Sequence record: MT511058.1
DNA: 46,150 bases
Source of the DNA: Escherichia phage vB_EcoD_SU57
Direction: 5' to 3' (one strand)
In this document: positions 15,827-26,238 of the stretch, in pieces
Layout of the letters: every line of letters begins with the position of its first letter
Position numbering within the stretch: the stretch's first letter is position 1
Position numbers and translations under genes: made by a program
The notes under the pieces: generated by a model
What the model saw: the letters and a program-made list of their open reading frames with translations, nothing else
What the model was told of the DNA's origin: nothing
Databases searched by the model: none

Positions 15827-18805
15827 ATGGCAACAAATGAATTAGCCGGAATCACACTAGCCGTAGACGTATCGCAAGTAGACAGGGGAACGCAATCCCT
15901 GCAAAAGTTCAGACAGGCAAACCAGCAAGCCGCTTCCGGCATTAGTGAGTTCGTCAATGCAGAGCGGGTCGCAAAGACCCAGGCAAAAGACACGGCTCGC
16001 GCACTGGCTGAACAGCAAGCATCTTTAGCTAAATTGCAAACGGCCATTGACCCAACAGCGGCAAAGTTCCGTAAGCTGCAAGAGGCTGCTGTAGGTCTGG
16101 ATAAGGCATTCGCGGCTGGCGTAGTTCCTGATGAGGAGTTTTTCCGCTTAGGTGAGGCCCTTGAAACGCAGAACGCAAAGCTCGCTCGTTCACGTGCGGC
16201 GCTAACTGAAGAAGGTAGAGCAGCTGCTCAGGCTGCAAAAGATAAAGCAAAGGCAAAGGCTGAAGCTGACAGGTTCATTGCTTCACTTGAGCGCCAGGCT
16301 CAAGCGGCAACATTGACGCGCGAGGAGTACTTAAAGTTACAGGCTGCTCAGCTTGGCGTAAGTTCCCAGGCAGCACCAATCATTGACAGAATCGCCGACG
16401 CATCACAGAAGGCAAACACCCAATTAATTGCTCAGAGCAAGGCTTTTCAACGCTCTGGCTTAAGCGCAGGTCAATACAAGGCTGCAATCTCTCAATTGCC
16501 AGCGCAGATTACAGATATTGGAACATCACTTGCTGGCGGCATTCCGATTTGGCTTATTGCAATTCAGCAAGGTGGGCAGATCAAGGATGCATTTGGCGGT
16601 ATTGGCAACACCTTTAGATTCGCGCTTGCAGCCTTAAATCCATTCAATGTTGCTGTTGGTGTTTTGGGTGGGGCACTTGTAGCTCTTGGTGTTGGTGCGG
16701 CTCAGGCTGAAAGTGAATTCAGAGCATTAAACTCTGCTATTGCGTTCTCCAACAACTCTACAATCACATCAATCTCTCAGGTTAGAGAGTTGGTTAGCTC
16801 TGTTTCTGATGCAACAGGTGCCACCAGAGGGCTTGTGACTAGCATCGCAACAAGCCTTGTTGAGCAAGGAAACCTCACTCTAACGCAGATTGATAAGATT
16901 ACTAAATCAACCGCAAGATGGGCGCAGTTGACAGGTAAAGATGCAAAGGAGATTACTGGTTATTATAACCAGATTGCAAGCGACCCAATACAGGGCTTGG
17001 TTGATTTGGATAAGCGCTTTAACTTCCTCACGCAGGGGCAGTTGACAACAATCGAAAACCTGAGAAAGACAAAGGGGGAAGTAGAGGCCGTTACCGCCGC
17101 AATTGACATTTTCAGCAAGTCGCAGGAAGCCAACCTTAACGACATAGCGGAGCAGTTAACTCCACTTGAGTTAGCCTGGAATGATTTTAGAAATTACATC
17201 TCTGATATCTGGGATGCAATTAGTCGTAGAACGGTTGGGTCGCTAAACCTGTTTGTTGATGTAATCGCAGGAACAATTGAGCAAATCAGGGTGTTCATTA
17301 ACCAGGGTGATGCTCTGATTGGTGAATTCGTAATTAGCGCAACTCAGGCATTGCAGAATATCCCCGGCCTTGATGATGTCGGTGATGATGTAATCAAGAG
17401 TCAGCAGAAGATTATCGATGCCGCCAAGAAGCAAAACCTTGAGCTAGAAAAGTCTATCAAGGAGAGAGATGCCAGAATCAGAGAAGGGGAACTTGGTTAC
17501 GTTACTCGCAGAGAAAATCAGAATACCAATGAGCAATCTGGCACGGATGAGGGGTTTGCAAAAAGGAAGAAAGCACTTCAGGATGAACTTGATGCGATCA
17601 AGAAGAACAGGAAAGAAGAAAATGGTAGGGTTAAAGAGCAAAAAGACCTTACAATTGGTTATGAATCTGGCGTTCTAGCGCTTCAGGCTCAACTCAAGGT
17701 TCTTCAGGAAAATAGGGATATTGGCGCAGTAATAAGCAATGAGCGCAAGCAGTATCTTCAGGAAGAGGCCAAATTCAGGATTCTTGAGCAGAGACAACTT
17801 GATGGCTCAATTACCAAAGAGCAAGCAAGACTTCTCATTGAAAAGGATAAAGTTCTTGAGTTGGCAAGACAGAAGGCTGAGTTAGGTGACCAGATTGTTT
17901 TGCAGGAGCGCGCAAATAAGTTAGCTGAAGATAACCGCAAGAAGATTCTTCAGATTAACAATGAATCAAGTAACATCGACTTGGGTGCTGGGTTATCATC
18001 TCGTGAGCAGCAGAGGGCAAGAGAGATTCAGGCTCTTAAGTCCAATCAGGTTAATGCTGGCGGTTCTCTTGATGATGTTGATTTCCAGCAATTGCTAGAA
18101 GCAAGGAAGGAATACTACAAGCAGGAGGATAATCTTAGGTCAGACTGGCAGTCCGGTGTAACATCCACTCTCGCCGACTTGACAGAGAAGTACACTGACT
18201 ACAACCAGATCGCTAAGGACTTGACAGTTGCGGCATTCGACGGGATCACAGATCAAATCACTAACCTTGTAACCACTGGTGAGACCAATTTTAGGGAGTT
18301 CACATCAAACATCCTCAAAATGATTGCGAAGATTGCAACTCAGTTACTTTTGGTTAAGGCTATTGAATCTACAATCAAGAGCTTTGGTGGTGGGGGAGGT
18401 GATGCGTTTGGCTCTTTTGCGTCTGCTATAGGTTTCGCTGGTGGCGGATACACTGGTGACGGCGGGAAGTATCAGCCAGCAGGAACGGTACACCGCGGTG
18501 AGTTTGTATTCACAAAAGAAGCAACAAGCCGAATTGGTGTTAAGAACCTATACGCACTAATGAAGGGTTACGCAAACGGCGGCGCTGTAGGCGGTCCATC
18601 TGGTTATGCTAATGGCGGATTGGTTTCTGGTGGAACTGATGTTAATGTTAGCGGCATCACTGTTAACGTGAACTCTGGTGTTGGAAGTGATCCAGAACAA
18701 GCTAAGGCACTGCAAAATGGAGTTAAGGCAATCGTAGCTGAAGAGATTGCTCAGTCCTTCCAGCAGGGTGGCAGGGCGTATGCTTACCTTCGCGGATTCA
18801 ACTAA
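15827..18805 (+). CDS. tail tape measure protein
   Basis: 992 aa, Ala/Gln-rich coiled-coil N-half, Gly-rich C-terminus, between chaperone and gpM-like gene. Confidence 0.85.
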   Translation: MATNELAGITLAVDVSQVDRGTQSLQKFRQANQQAASGISEFVNAERVAKTQAKDTARALAEQQASLAKLQTAIDPTAAKFRKLQEAAVGLDKAFAAGVVPDEEFFRLGEALETQNAKLARSRAALTEEGRAAAQAAKDKAKAKAEADRFIASLERQAQAATLTREEYLKLQAAQLGVSSQAAPIIDRIADASQKANTQLIAQSKAFQRSGLSAGQYKAAISQLPAQITDIGTSLAGGIPIWLIAIQQGGQIKDAFGGIGNTFRFALAALNPFNVAVGVLGGALVALGVGAAQAESEFRALNSAIAFSNNSTITSISQVRELVSSVSDATGATRGLVTSIATSLVEQGNLTLTQIDKITKSTARWAQLTGKDAKEITGYYNQIASDPIQGLVDLDKRFNFLTQGQLTTIENLRKTKGEVEAVTAAIDIFSKSQEANLNDIAEQLTPLELAWNDFRNYISDIWDAISRRTVGSLNLFVDVIAGTIEQIRVFINQGDALIGEFVISATQALQNIPGLDDVGDDVIKSQQKIIDAAKKQNLELEKSIKERDARIREGELGYVTRRENQNTNEQSGTDEGFAKRKKALQDELDAIKKNRKEENGRVKEQKDLTIGYESGVLALQAQLKVLQENRDIGAVISNERKQYLQEEAKFRILEQRQLDGSITKEQARLLIEKDKVLELARQKAELGDQIVLQERANKLAEDNRKKILQINNESSNIDLGAGLSSREQQRAREIQALKSNQVNAGGSLDDVDFQQLLEARKEYYKQEDNLRSDWQSGVTSTLADLTEKYTDYNQIAKDLTVAAFDGITDQITNLVTTGETNFREFTSNILKMIAKIATQLLLVKAIESTIKSFGGGGGDAFGSFASAIGFAGGGYTGDGGKYQPAGTVHRGEFVFTKEATSRIGVKNLYALMKGYANGGAVGGPSGYANGGLVSGGTDVNVSGITVNVNSGVGSDPEQAKALQNGVKAIVAEEIAQSFQQGGRAYAYLRGFN

Positions 18806-18835
18806 TTAACGGGGCTTCGGCACCTAAGGATTTTT

Positions 18836-19186
18836 ATGGCTATTGATACATTTAATTACTGCACTCAAGTCCAAAATGGAGGCGGCTCATTCTCTAACAC
18901 AAACAATGTGAGAATTGTTAGTTTTGGCAATGGTTACGAGCAGCGTGGAACGGGTGGATATCGCAGCAATAAGCGAAGCTACCAGATGACATACACCAAC
19001 AAGGACTGGCGCGAGGTGATGGACTTTTGCTTCAAACACATCATTACCCCTTTCTTCTGGACAACGCCGCAGGGCGATACATCCATGTTCGTTATTCAGC
19101 AGGATAGCATTAGCGTCACACCACTCAGCAAGGAAGTTCAGACTGTAAACATGCAATTCGTGGAAGTATTCAGCTCAATGCGTTAA
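18836..19186 (+). CDS. minor tail protein (lambda gpM-like)
   Basis: 116 aa, first gene after tape measure. Confidence 0.65.
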   Translation: MAIDTFNYCTQVQNGGGSFSNTNNVRIVSFGNGYEQRGTGGYRSNKRSYQMTYTNKDWREVMDFCFKHIITPFFWTTPQGDTSMFVIQQDSISVTPLSKEVQTVNMQFVEVFSSMR

Positions 19187-19190
19187 ACTA

Positions 19191-19212
19191 AGCCCCTATA
19201 TGGGGCTTTTTT
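19191..19212 (+). terminator. rho-independent terminator (AGCCCC TATAT GGGGCT plus T-run)
   Basis: near-identical to the terminator at 8407. Confidence 0.6.
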
Positions 19213-19225
19213 ATTGGAGAAATAT

Positions 19226-19981
19226 ATGTTAAGTCCAAAGTTTGAAAATCAGTTGCAAAGTCTTTTCCCAGGCGAGATTGTGACTCTAATCCAGGTTGAC
19301 GGAACCTCCTTTGGCTCTCTCGTTTATTCGTTCCATAATGAGAACATCTCTTACACACCAGAAGAGATCATGCTAGCCCAAATGAATGGCGAGCCACTAC
19401 CAGAGAAAACAATCACCTTTCGTGGTGAGGAGTATGGCCCAAGACCATTTGGAATCTCTGGAATCAATATGACGTCTGACGGCAAGGCAAACAAGGTTAC
19501 TCTGACAGTATCAAACGTAGACCAGCGCATTAGCGCACTGATTCGTACTTACAATGGATTGGTTAAGGCTAAGGTTACTATCTGGATTACTACTCGAGAT
19601 AATATCAATGAAGACGGAAGCATTGCTAATGGGGACTATCGCAGATTCGTTTACTTCATTGAGAGGCCTAAGCAGGTAGACTACAAAACGGCGTCATTTG
19701 AGCTTAGCTCACCGATGGATATGGATGGTATTTACATCCCCGCGAGACTTGTTCAGTCTGTTTGCTATTGGGCTTCTAGGGGTTGGTATCGTAGCGGTAA
19801 TGGTTGCGACTATGCTGGAAACGGATACTTCAATAAGGATGATGAGCCAGTATCAGACCCTTCATTAGACTTCTGCGCCGGAACGGTAAATAGCTGCAAG
19901 ATTAGATTTGGAGAGAATAATCAGCTTTCATTTGGCGGTTGTGCGGCGGCAAGCCTTCAGGCCAAAGCGAATCAGAGCTAA
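19226..19981 (+). CDS. minor tail protein (lambda gpL-like) with C-terminal Cys cluster
   Basis: start at ATG 19226 after TTGGAGA RBS; four C-terminal cysteines. Confidence 0.65.
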   Translation: MLSPKFENQLQSLFPGEIVTLIQVDGTSFGSLVYSFHNENISYTPEEIMLAQMNGEPLPEKTITFRGEEYGPRPFGISGINMTSDGKANKVTLTVSNVDQRISALIRTYNGLVKAKVTIWITTRDNINEDGSIANGDYRRFVYFIERPKQVDYKTASFELSSPMDMDGIYIPARLVQSVCYWASRGWYRSGNGCDYAGNGYFNKDDEPVSDPSLDFCAGTVNSCKIRFGENNQLSFGGCAAASLQAKANQS

Positions 19982-20025
19982 ACAGCACGAATTGCTAAAG
20001 GAGATTTAAAAAGATGGGGTATAGT
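19982..20025 (+). promoter_or_regulatory. box ACAGCACGAATTGCTAAAG plus TATAGT at 22 nt
   Basis: same leader as copy at 7980. Confidence 0.55.
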
Positions 20026-20053
20026 TACTTCACACAAACGAGAGGAGGTAAAA

Positions 20054-20407
20054 ATGTTCTACATTAAATTCAAAGGATACAAAAAAGAAAAAGAAAAGTG
20101 CACTGGTTTGTTTTTTGTTGGCCGCATTTACACCTGCGGTGTTGTTGACTCAAACATGTACTATCAGACGCAGGATGAGAATGGCAATATTGTAAAGTTT
20201 CAAAGTATTTTTCATGATGATTGTTACGACTTTTCAAGAATTGATACTCAGAGCAAGGTATTAGATGAGCATGATAACAAGATGAAATATCGAATGAATG
20301 GTGTTGATGTCACTAAGTCATTCTTTGATGATAAGCTACTGGAAGTTGAGCTGCTTAAATCAAGAGGTGTTTCAGTATTTATAGATTTTGAGGTTTATTT
20401 TGAATAA
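20054..20407 (+). CDS. hypothetical accessory protein (117 aa), paralog of 8053-8385
   Basis: shared FKGYKK, DD.YDF, KY..NG..V.K.FFDDKLL and FEV.FE blocks. Confidence 0.6.
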   Translation: MFYIKFKGYKKEKEKCTGLFFVGRIYTCGVVDSNMYYQTQDENGNIVKFQSIFHDDCYDFSRIDTQSKVLDEHDNKMKYRMNGVDVTKSFFDDKLLEVELLKSRGVSVFIDFEVYFE

Positions 20408-20427
20408 ACAAAATTAGTGTTAAACTA

Positions 20428-20453
20428 GGTCAATCGAAAGATTGGCCTTTTTT
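20428..20453 (+). terminator. rho-independent terminator (GGTCAATC GAAA GATTGGCC plus T-run)
   Basis: hairpin plus T-run followed by ATTGGAGA RBS of next gene. Confidence 0.6.
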
Positions 20454-20465
20454 ATTGGAGATAAA

Positions 20466-21224
20466 ATGTTAACACCAAAAGTTAAACTGGAAATCTTCCA
20501 GCACGCAAAGGAAGTTTATCCTCACGAATGCTGCGGAGTTGTTACGCAGAAGGGCAGGTCGCAGAAGTATCACAGAATCACAAACGCAAGCAAAGACCCT
20601 GAAAATGAATTTATTCTTGATTCAAATGAGTATGCAGATGTTCTCTTTGAGTTGGCTCACAATGAATCTATTGTTTACGTTGTTCACTCTCATACTGGCG
20701 ACGGTGCAACAACAAGACCAAGTCCTGCGGATATTTGTAGCTGCAATGAGTGCGAGATTCCTTATGTTATTGTAAGCATCCCAGAGGGAGACATGCGGAT
20801 TCTTGAGCCATCAAATATGCCACTGATTGGTCGACCGTGGGGTCTTGGTAGCTTCGATTGTTGGGAGTTGGTTATGGCATTTCACAAGAAATACGGCGTA
20901 AAGCTGAACGACTATCGCGTTAATTACCCATGGTGGGAGAAGAAGTACAGCGAAAATATCTATGACGACAATTGGGCTAAAGAAGGTTTTGAGCTAGTAA
21001 AAAACTCAGATATTCCCATTGGATCAATGATTATGATGCAGGTGCAAAGTGAGGTGACAAACCACGCCGGAATCTATATTGGCAACAACAGATTCATCCA
21101 CCATCTCTATGGTAAAATGAGTTCTGTAGATATCTACTCCGATTACTGGCGCGAGCGCACGGTGCGAATCGTTCGCCATAAGGATTTACCAGAGGATGTA
21201 ATTTATGACCCAGAAACTGATTGA
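20466..21224 (+). CDS. tail assembly protein (lambda gpK-like: MPN/JAMM plus NlpC/P60-like)
   Basis: HSH..D JAMM-like motif N-terminally, Cys/His peptidase-like C-half; start at ATG 20466. Confidence 0.7.
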   Translation: MLTPKVKLEIFQHAKEVYPHECCGVVTQKGRSQKYHRITNASKDPENEFILDSNEYADVLFELAHNESIVYVVHSHTGDGATTRPSPADICSCNECEIPYVIVSIPEGDMRILEPSNMPLIGRPWGLGSFDCWELVMAFHKKYGVKLNDYRVNYPWWEKKYSENIYDDNWAKEGFELVKNSDIPIGSMIMMQVQSEVTNHAGIYIGNNRFIHHLYGKMSSVDIYSDYWRERTVRIVRHKDLPEDVIYDPETD

Positions 21225-21777
21225 TATTAAGTTAGGCCTGTCGCTAGGCCGTAAGTTTGGCAAGATTCACCAAATGGCAGTGAGTAGCGTTCCCGAGGCA
21301 ATGAGAGCGCTTTGCTCTCAGATTCCCGCCCTCAAGGAGTTCATGAACAGTCATGTTGGTCAAAACACAAGGTACGCCGTGTTCGTTGATGGCAAAAATG
21401 TGAGCGAGCATCGAATCTCTGATTTTAGCGCCGTTCAGGAGATACGCATCTTACCAATCCCTCAAGGCCGCAAGTCAGGTGGGTTATTTCAGACAATCCT
21501 AGGTGCCGCGCTTATCACGGTTGGTATCTTTACTGGTCAGATTTATCTTGTTGGTGCTGGTGTGTCTTTGGCGGCGGGTGGTATTGCTCAGCTACTTTCA
21601 CCACAAGCAACTGGATTAAAGACCCAGAACAACCAAACGAGCAACCGTGCATCATATGCATTTGGCTCAGCAGTAAACACGGTAGCAGCTGGTTATCCGG
21701 TTTGTCTTCCATATGGCTACAGAACGGTTGGCGGCTCGGTATTTAGTGCCGGCAGCTACGCCGAAGACAATGCTTAA
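21205..21777 (+). CDS. tail assembly protein (lambda gpI-like)
   Basis: 190 aa with hydrophobic Gly-rich segment, between gpK-like and gpJ-like genes. Confidence 0.6.
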   Translation: MTQKLIDIKLGLSLGRKFGKIHQMAVSSVPEAMRALCSQIPALKEFMNSHVGQNTRYAVFVDGKNVSEHRISDFSAVQEIRILPIPQGRKSGGLFQTILGAALITVGIFTGQIYLVGAGVSLAAGGIAQLLSPQATGLKTQNNQTSNRASYAFGSAVNTVAAGYPVCLPYGYRTVGGSVFSAGSYAEDNA

Positions 21778-21785
21778 ATATCATA

Positions 21786-21806
21786 CCCGCCTAGTGCGGG
21801 TTTTTT
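21786..21806 (+). terminator. hairpin (CCCGC CTAGT GCGGG) plus T-run
   Basis: stem-loop and T-run before gpJ-like gene. Confidence 0.5.
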
Positions 21807-21857
21807 ATTTAGTGTAGAATGGCACAAATGATCAAAACAAACATGAGGCTTTGTGAT

Positions 21858-24800
21858 ATGGCTGAAGAGATTAAGATTTATGGTGCTAAGGGTGGTAGCC
21901 AGAAGCAGCACCAACCAGTGGAACAAGAAGACAACCTGATTTCATTAAACAAGGTTAAGGTATTACTTGCGGTTGCTGACGGCGAGGTGGATCCAAACTT
22001 CTCAATGAAGGATTTATACCTTGCTGACGTTCCGGTACAAAACCAGGACGGCAGCTACAACTACGATGGTGTTCGAGCTGAGTTTCGCGCTGGCACGCAG
22101 TATCAGGACTATATCGCTGGCCTTGATGGTGCAAACTCAGAGATTCAGGCCTCCAGAGAAATCACAAACGACACCCCGTACATCATTGCGGTTAACAATA
22201 CTCAGCTATCAGCAATTAGAGTTAAGCTGTTTTGGCCTAGACTGGTTAAGCAAGAGAGTAATGGCGACCTGAACGGAACTACATGCGAGTATGCAATTGA
22301 TCTTTCTGTTAATGGTGGCGCTTATCAGGAATATACTCGCGGAGTTGCTAACGGCAAGACCACTACAGGTTACGACCGCAGCATTCGCGTGAACCTTCCG
22401 GCAGAGTTCGATAGCGCCCTGGTTCGAATTCGTAAAATTACGCCAGATTCGACAAGTAGCACGCTGGTGAATGGTATGCAGATTACCACCTATCAGGAAG
22501 TAATCGATGCTAAGTTCCGCTATCCGCTTACAGCACTTGTTTACGTTGAGTTTAGCTCTGACTTGTTCCCTAACGGAATCCCGACAATCTCAATCAAGAA
22601 GCGATGGAAATTGATTCAGGTTCCTACAAACTACGACCCGGAGACAAGAACTTACAGTGGGACATGGAATGGCCTTTTCAAAATGGCGTGGTCAAATAAC
22701 CCGGCATGGGTTTTATATGACTTAGTAACAAACCGACGTTACGGACTTGACCAAAGAGAATTGGGTGTAGAGATTGATAAGTGGGGTCTTTACGAAGCTG
22801 CGCAATTTTGTGACCAGATGGTGCCGGATGGTAAGGGGGGCTTAGAGCCTCGTTATCTTTGCGATATGGTTGTGCAGAACAAGGTTGAGGCATACACGCT
22901 AATTCGTGATATCTGTTCAATCTTTCGTGGCCTGACTTTCTATGACGGCGAAAAGATTGGCATCGTGGTTGATAAGCCTCGTAACCCATCTTACATCTTC
23001 ACCAATGATAACGTTGTAAACGGATTGTTCAGTCGCACCTTTGCCAGTGATAAAAGCCTTTACACCACGGCAAACGTTCAGTTTGATGATGTAGAGAACA
23101 ACTATCAGCAGGATGTTGAGCCAGTTTTTGAACTCGAGGCTACTCGCAGATTTGGCTTTAACCCTGTTGACCTCACGGCTATTGGCTGTACTCGCAGAAG
23201 TGAGGCAAACAGACGTGGCAGATGGCTCCTGAAAACCAACCTGAGAAGCGAAACCATTAGCTTTACTACCGGGCTGGAAGGCATGATTCCTATGATTGGC
23301 GAGGTGATTGCGGTTAATGACGCGGCATGGTCTAGCAACTATCAGTTAAACCTTTCCGGCCGTATTGAATCAGCTCAGGGGTTGCAGGTTTTCACCCCGT
23401 TTAAAGTTGACGCAGCGCCTGGTGACAGAATTCTTCTGAACAAGCCTGACGGAAGCCCAGAGGCAAGAACTATTGCCAGCGTTTCGGAAGATGGTAGAAC
23501 AATCAACCTTAATACTGCCTTTAGTTTTGTAGCTCAGACAGACACGGTATTTGCAATCGACAAGGATAATCTTGCTCTTCAGCAATACGTTGTGACCGGG
23601 ATTCAAAAAGCAGATTCTGACGGTTCGGATTCATTCCAGTACACAATTACTGCTGTAGAGTATGACCCGAACAAGTATGACGAGATTGACTACGGCGTAA
23701 ACATTGTTGACCGTCCAACTTCAATTGTTGAGCCTGACAGATTGTCGCCGCCTGAGAACTTAACAGTGTCAAGCTACAGTAAGGTTGTTCAGGGATTGTC
23801 AGTTGAGACAATGGTTATCGGATGGGATAAAGCGCCATACGCCAAAACCTACAATGTTCAGTGGAGGAAAGAAAATGGTAACTGGATTAACGTACCCAGA
23901 ACAGCTAGCACAGAGGTTGATATCGAAGGTATTTACGCAGGAATCTATGACGTTAGGGTTCGTAGCGTATCAGATACTGAAAACGTGTCTGCCTGGTCTG
24001 ACATTGTAACGGTATCGCTAACTGGCAAGATTGGTAGGCCATCTGCACCTACGGTTGTCACGGCTTCAACTGATGAGGTATTTGGCATCCGTGTTAAGTG
24101 GGGTTTCCCTGATGGATCCGGTGACACTGCTTACACTGAACTTCAGCAGGTTCCTGATAATGGTGACGGTACTTACAATCCTGATAACGCAAGTCTGTTG
24201 ACCTTACTTCCGTACCCAGCTTATGAATACTGGCACACGCCTATTCAGCCAGGCAAGGTTATCTGGTATCGCGCAAGATTGATTGACAGAATCGGCAACA
24301 CTTCTGACTGGTCTGATTTTGCTAGAGGCATGAGTACTGACGATGCCAATATTATCAACGAATACATCAAGGTTGATATTGAGGGTTCGGAAGGATTTAA
24401 ATACCTTGAGCAGAATGCGATTCAAAAGAATCAGGACATTCAGAATCAGGCAGAGTCAATTCTTGAGAACGCACTGGCGAATGACACTGATGTTCGTCGC
24501 ATGACCAAGGAGAACGGTAAGCGTAAGGCTGAATATGTTCAGGCTGTTAATCTCATAGCTGATGAAACTCAGGCGCGTGTAGAGGCTCTTACGCAGCTTA
24601 AAGCGCAGATTGATGATGAGGTTGTGTCATCGATTACAGAAGTTCAGACTGCATTAGCAACAGAGACAGAAGCAAGAACTACTGCCGACACTCAGCTATC
24701 AGCAAGACTTGGTGAAAACGAGGCTGCACTAAACCAGAAGCTGGACGCTTTTTCTAACGCCACATCGACTGGTGTACAGTATGGGATTAGTCTTGGCCTG

Positions 24801-25244
24801 AAATACAACGGACAGACTTATTCATCCGGCATGAGTATGGAGCTTGTTGGCACTGGTGGAAATGTTCGCAGTCAGTTCATATTTGACGCAAACAGGTTCG
24901 CAATCAGTAACGGAATTGGTTCTGGTTCCGGTCAGTGGCAACTCCCCTTTGTTGTCGAGAACGGAAACGTAATCATCCAAAGCGCAGTAATCGGCGACGG
25001 ATCAATTACTAACGCGAAGATTGGTAATATAATTTCATCAAATGATTATGTGGCGGGCTCTCAGGGATGGGCGATACTGAAAAGTGGTGCGTCAGAGTTC
25101 AATAACACAACTGTAAGGGGCAATCTTTACGCTAACAATGGTAACTTTGCTTTTAACGGAACCAATAACACGGTTCAGATTAACAATAACGGAATAACTG
25201 TAAACTTACCGAACGGAGGGAGAGTTGTAGTTGGAGTGTGGTAA
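21858..25244 (+). CDS. tail tip / host specificity protein (lambda gpJ-like)
   Basis: 1128 aa after gpI-like gene; start at ATG 21858 after GAGG RBS. Confidence 0.8.
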   Translation: MAEEIKIYGAKGGSQKQHQPVEQEDNLISLNKVKVLLAVADGEVDPNFSMKDLYLADVPVQNQDGSYNYDGVRAEFRAGTQYQDYIAGLDGANSEIQASREITNDTPYIIAVNNTQLSAIRVKLFWPRLVKQESNGDLNGTTCEYAIDLSVNGGAYQEYTRGVANGKTTTGYDRSIRVNLPAEFDSALVRIRKITPDSTSSTLVNGMQITTYQEVIDAKFRYPLTALVYVEFSSDLFPNGIPTISIKKRWKLIQVPTNYDPETRTYSGTWNGLFKMAWSNNPAWVLYDLVTNRRYGLDQRELGVEIDKWGLYEAAQFCDQMVPDGKGGLEPRYLCDMVVQNKVEAYTLIRDICSIFRGLTFYDGEKIGIVVDKPRNPSYIFTNDNVVNGLFSRTFASDKSLYTTANVQFDDVENNYQQDVEPVFELEATRRFGFNPVDLTAIGCTRRSEANRRGRWLLKTNLRSETISFTTGLEGMIPMIGEVIAVNDAAWSSNYQLNLSGRIESAQGLQVFTPFKVDAAPGDRILLNKPDGSPEARTIASVSEDGRTINLNTAFSFVAQTDTVFAIDKDNLALQQYVVTGIQKADSDGSDSFQYTITAVEYDPNKYDEIDYGVNIVDRPTSIVEPDRLSPPENLTVSSYSKVVQGLSVETMVIGWDKAPYAKTYNVQWRKENGNWINVPRTASTEVDIEGIYAGIYDVRVRSVSDTENVSAWSDIVTVSLTGKIGRPSAPTVVTASTDEVFGIRVKWGFPDGSGDTAYTELQQVPDNGDGTYNPDNASLLTLLPYPAYEYWHTPIQPGKVIWYRARLIDRIGNTSDWSDFARGMSTDDANIINEYIKVDIEGSEGFKYLEQNAIQKNQDIQNQAESILENALANDTDVRRMTKENGKRKAEYVQAVNLIADETQARVEALTQLKAQIDDEVVSSITEVQTALATETEARTTADTQLSARLGENEAALNQKLDAFSNATSTGVQYGISLGLKYNGQTYSSGMSMELVGTGGNVRSQFIFDANRFAISNGIGSGSGQWQLPFVVENGNVIIQSAVIGDGSITNAKIGNIISSNDYVAGSQGWAILKSGASEFNNTTVRGNLYANNGNFAFNGTNNTVQINNNGITVNLPNGGRVVVGVW

Positions 25245-25245
25245 T

Positions 25246-25275
25246 AAATAAAGCCCCTTAATTGGGGCTTTTCTT
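25246..25275. terminator. bidirectional terminator (AGCCCC TTAATT GGGGCT flanked by A-run and T-run)
   Basis: hairpin between convergent gpJ-like and reverse-strand genes. Confidence 0.6.
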
Positions 25276-26238
25276 TTAGTAGAAGTTTGGGATAAATGGA
25301 AGTGCCATTGATATGTTCGTGTCGAAAGGGAACTGAGCGCCAGTCTGGGTTGAATAGTTGCCTATTACAGAACCAGGAGCAGCCCTAACTGAGCCTCCAT
25401 ACATGCAAACCCCCTTGTATCGTAAGTTGTTATACCCTCCTGTAACTCTAGTCACAGCGCCGCATCTAAGCAGCGGGAAGAATCCACCATTTATTGACTG
25501 GTATCCATTATTGATCTGAATGAATCCACCAAGAACAAATGGTCGCCTAACGCTCGAAAAAACAATCTGACCAGAGCTGTTTGACATTGTAAGTCCGGGT
25601 CCAGCTAGTGGTGGTTCATTCCTGAATATCACCAACTGAACGTAAGTACTTGCCGCAACATCATCTGTACCTCCGTAGGTTATATCCCTACACCATATTG
25701 TTGATCCATCTGATTCAAGTGATACGTTTGGATTATCCCACTTGCCGAATGGTATTCCGCTAACTGGTAGCGATGCTGCACCGTTAACCTGTATGCCCCC
25801 AACCCAGGCCGCAGACATTAGCCGCGAGTTGCTTGATATAGCAAGGAAATCAGTTGAGTTCTCAACAAGTATTCCAGGACTTGATGAGGATGAAGCCGGT
25901 AGTATCTCAAAGCAATTACCTGCAAAGTCAATTATTCGACCATTAGCACCATTGAAGTTACTGAGCGTTATCCTACCAGTGCCGTCATTTACCTTTTGAA
26001 ACCCGTTCATGTAATAAACTTCGGGTATAACATCGTAAGCGTCAACGTGGACTGCTTTCGTTGGTAGGCAGAAAGCCGTAGAGCCAGGAGACATTGTCAA
26101 TCCAAAATCCCACGAACTTGCTGGTGTTGAAAGTCCATTGGTATTTATTGATCCAGTCACAGCGGGGGCCCTTAATCCTGCCGTGATTTCCATCGCTGGC
26201 CTTCCGTCATTCAGGTCTATTAGAATACCCTGCGGCAT
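25276..26238 (-). CDS. putative receptor-binding protein (320 aa, Gly/Ser/Asn-rich)
   Basis: reverse-strand gene directly downstream of gpJ-like gene, translationally coupled to lipoprotein gene (TAATG overlap); start at ATG 26238. Confidence 0.4.
   Translation of the reverse strand: MPQGILIDLNDGRPAMEITAGLRAPAVTGSINTNGLSTPASSWDFGLTMSPGSTAFCLPTKAVHVDAYDVIPEVYYMNGFQKVNDGTGRITLSNFNGANGRIIDFAGNCFEILPASSSSSPGILVENSTDFLAISSNSRLMSAAWVGGIQVNGAASLPVSGIPFGKWDNPNVSLESDGSTIWCRDITYGGTDDVAASTYVQLVIFRNEPPLAGPGLTMSNSSGQIVFSSVRRPFVLGGFIQINNGYQSINGGFFPLLRCGAVTRVTGGYNNLRYKGVCMYGGSVRAAPGSVIGNYSTQTGAQFPFDTNISMALPFIPNFY

Noticed and set aside
15823-16256. Reverse-strand ORFs inside the tape measure gene (15823-16047, 16029-16256), and similar antisense ORFs inside terL, portal, gpJ-like, tail fiber and helicase genes
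   Set aside because: They are fully embedded antisense to long genes with strong coding signal and have no RBS; treated as frame artefacts.
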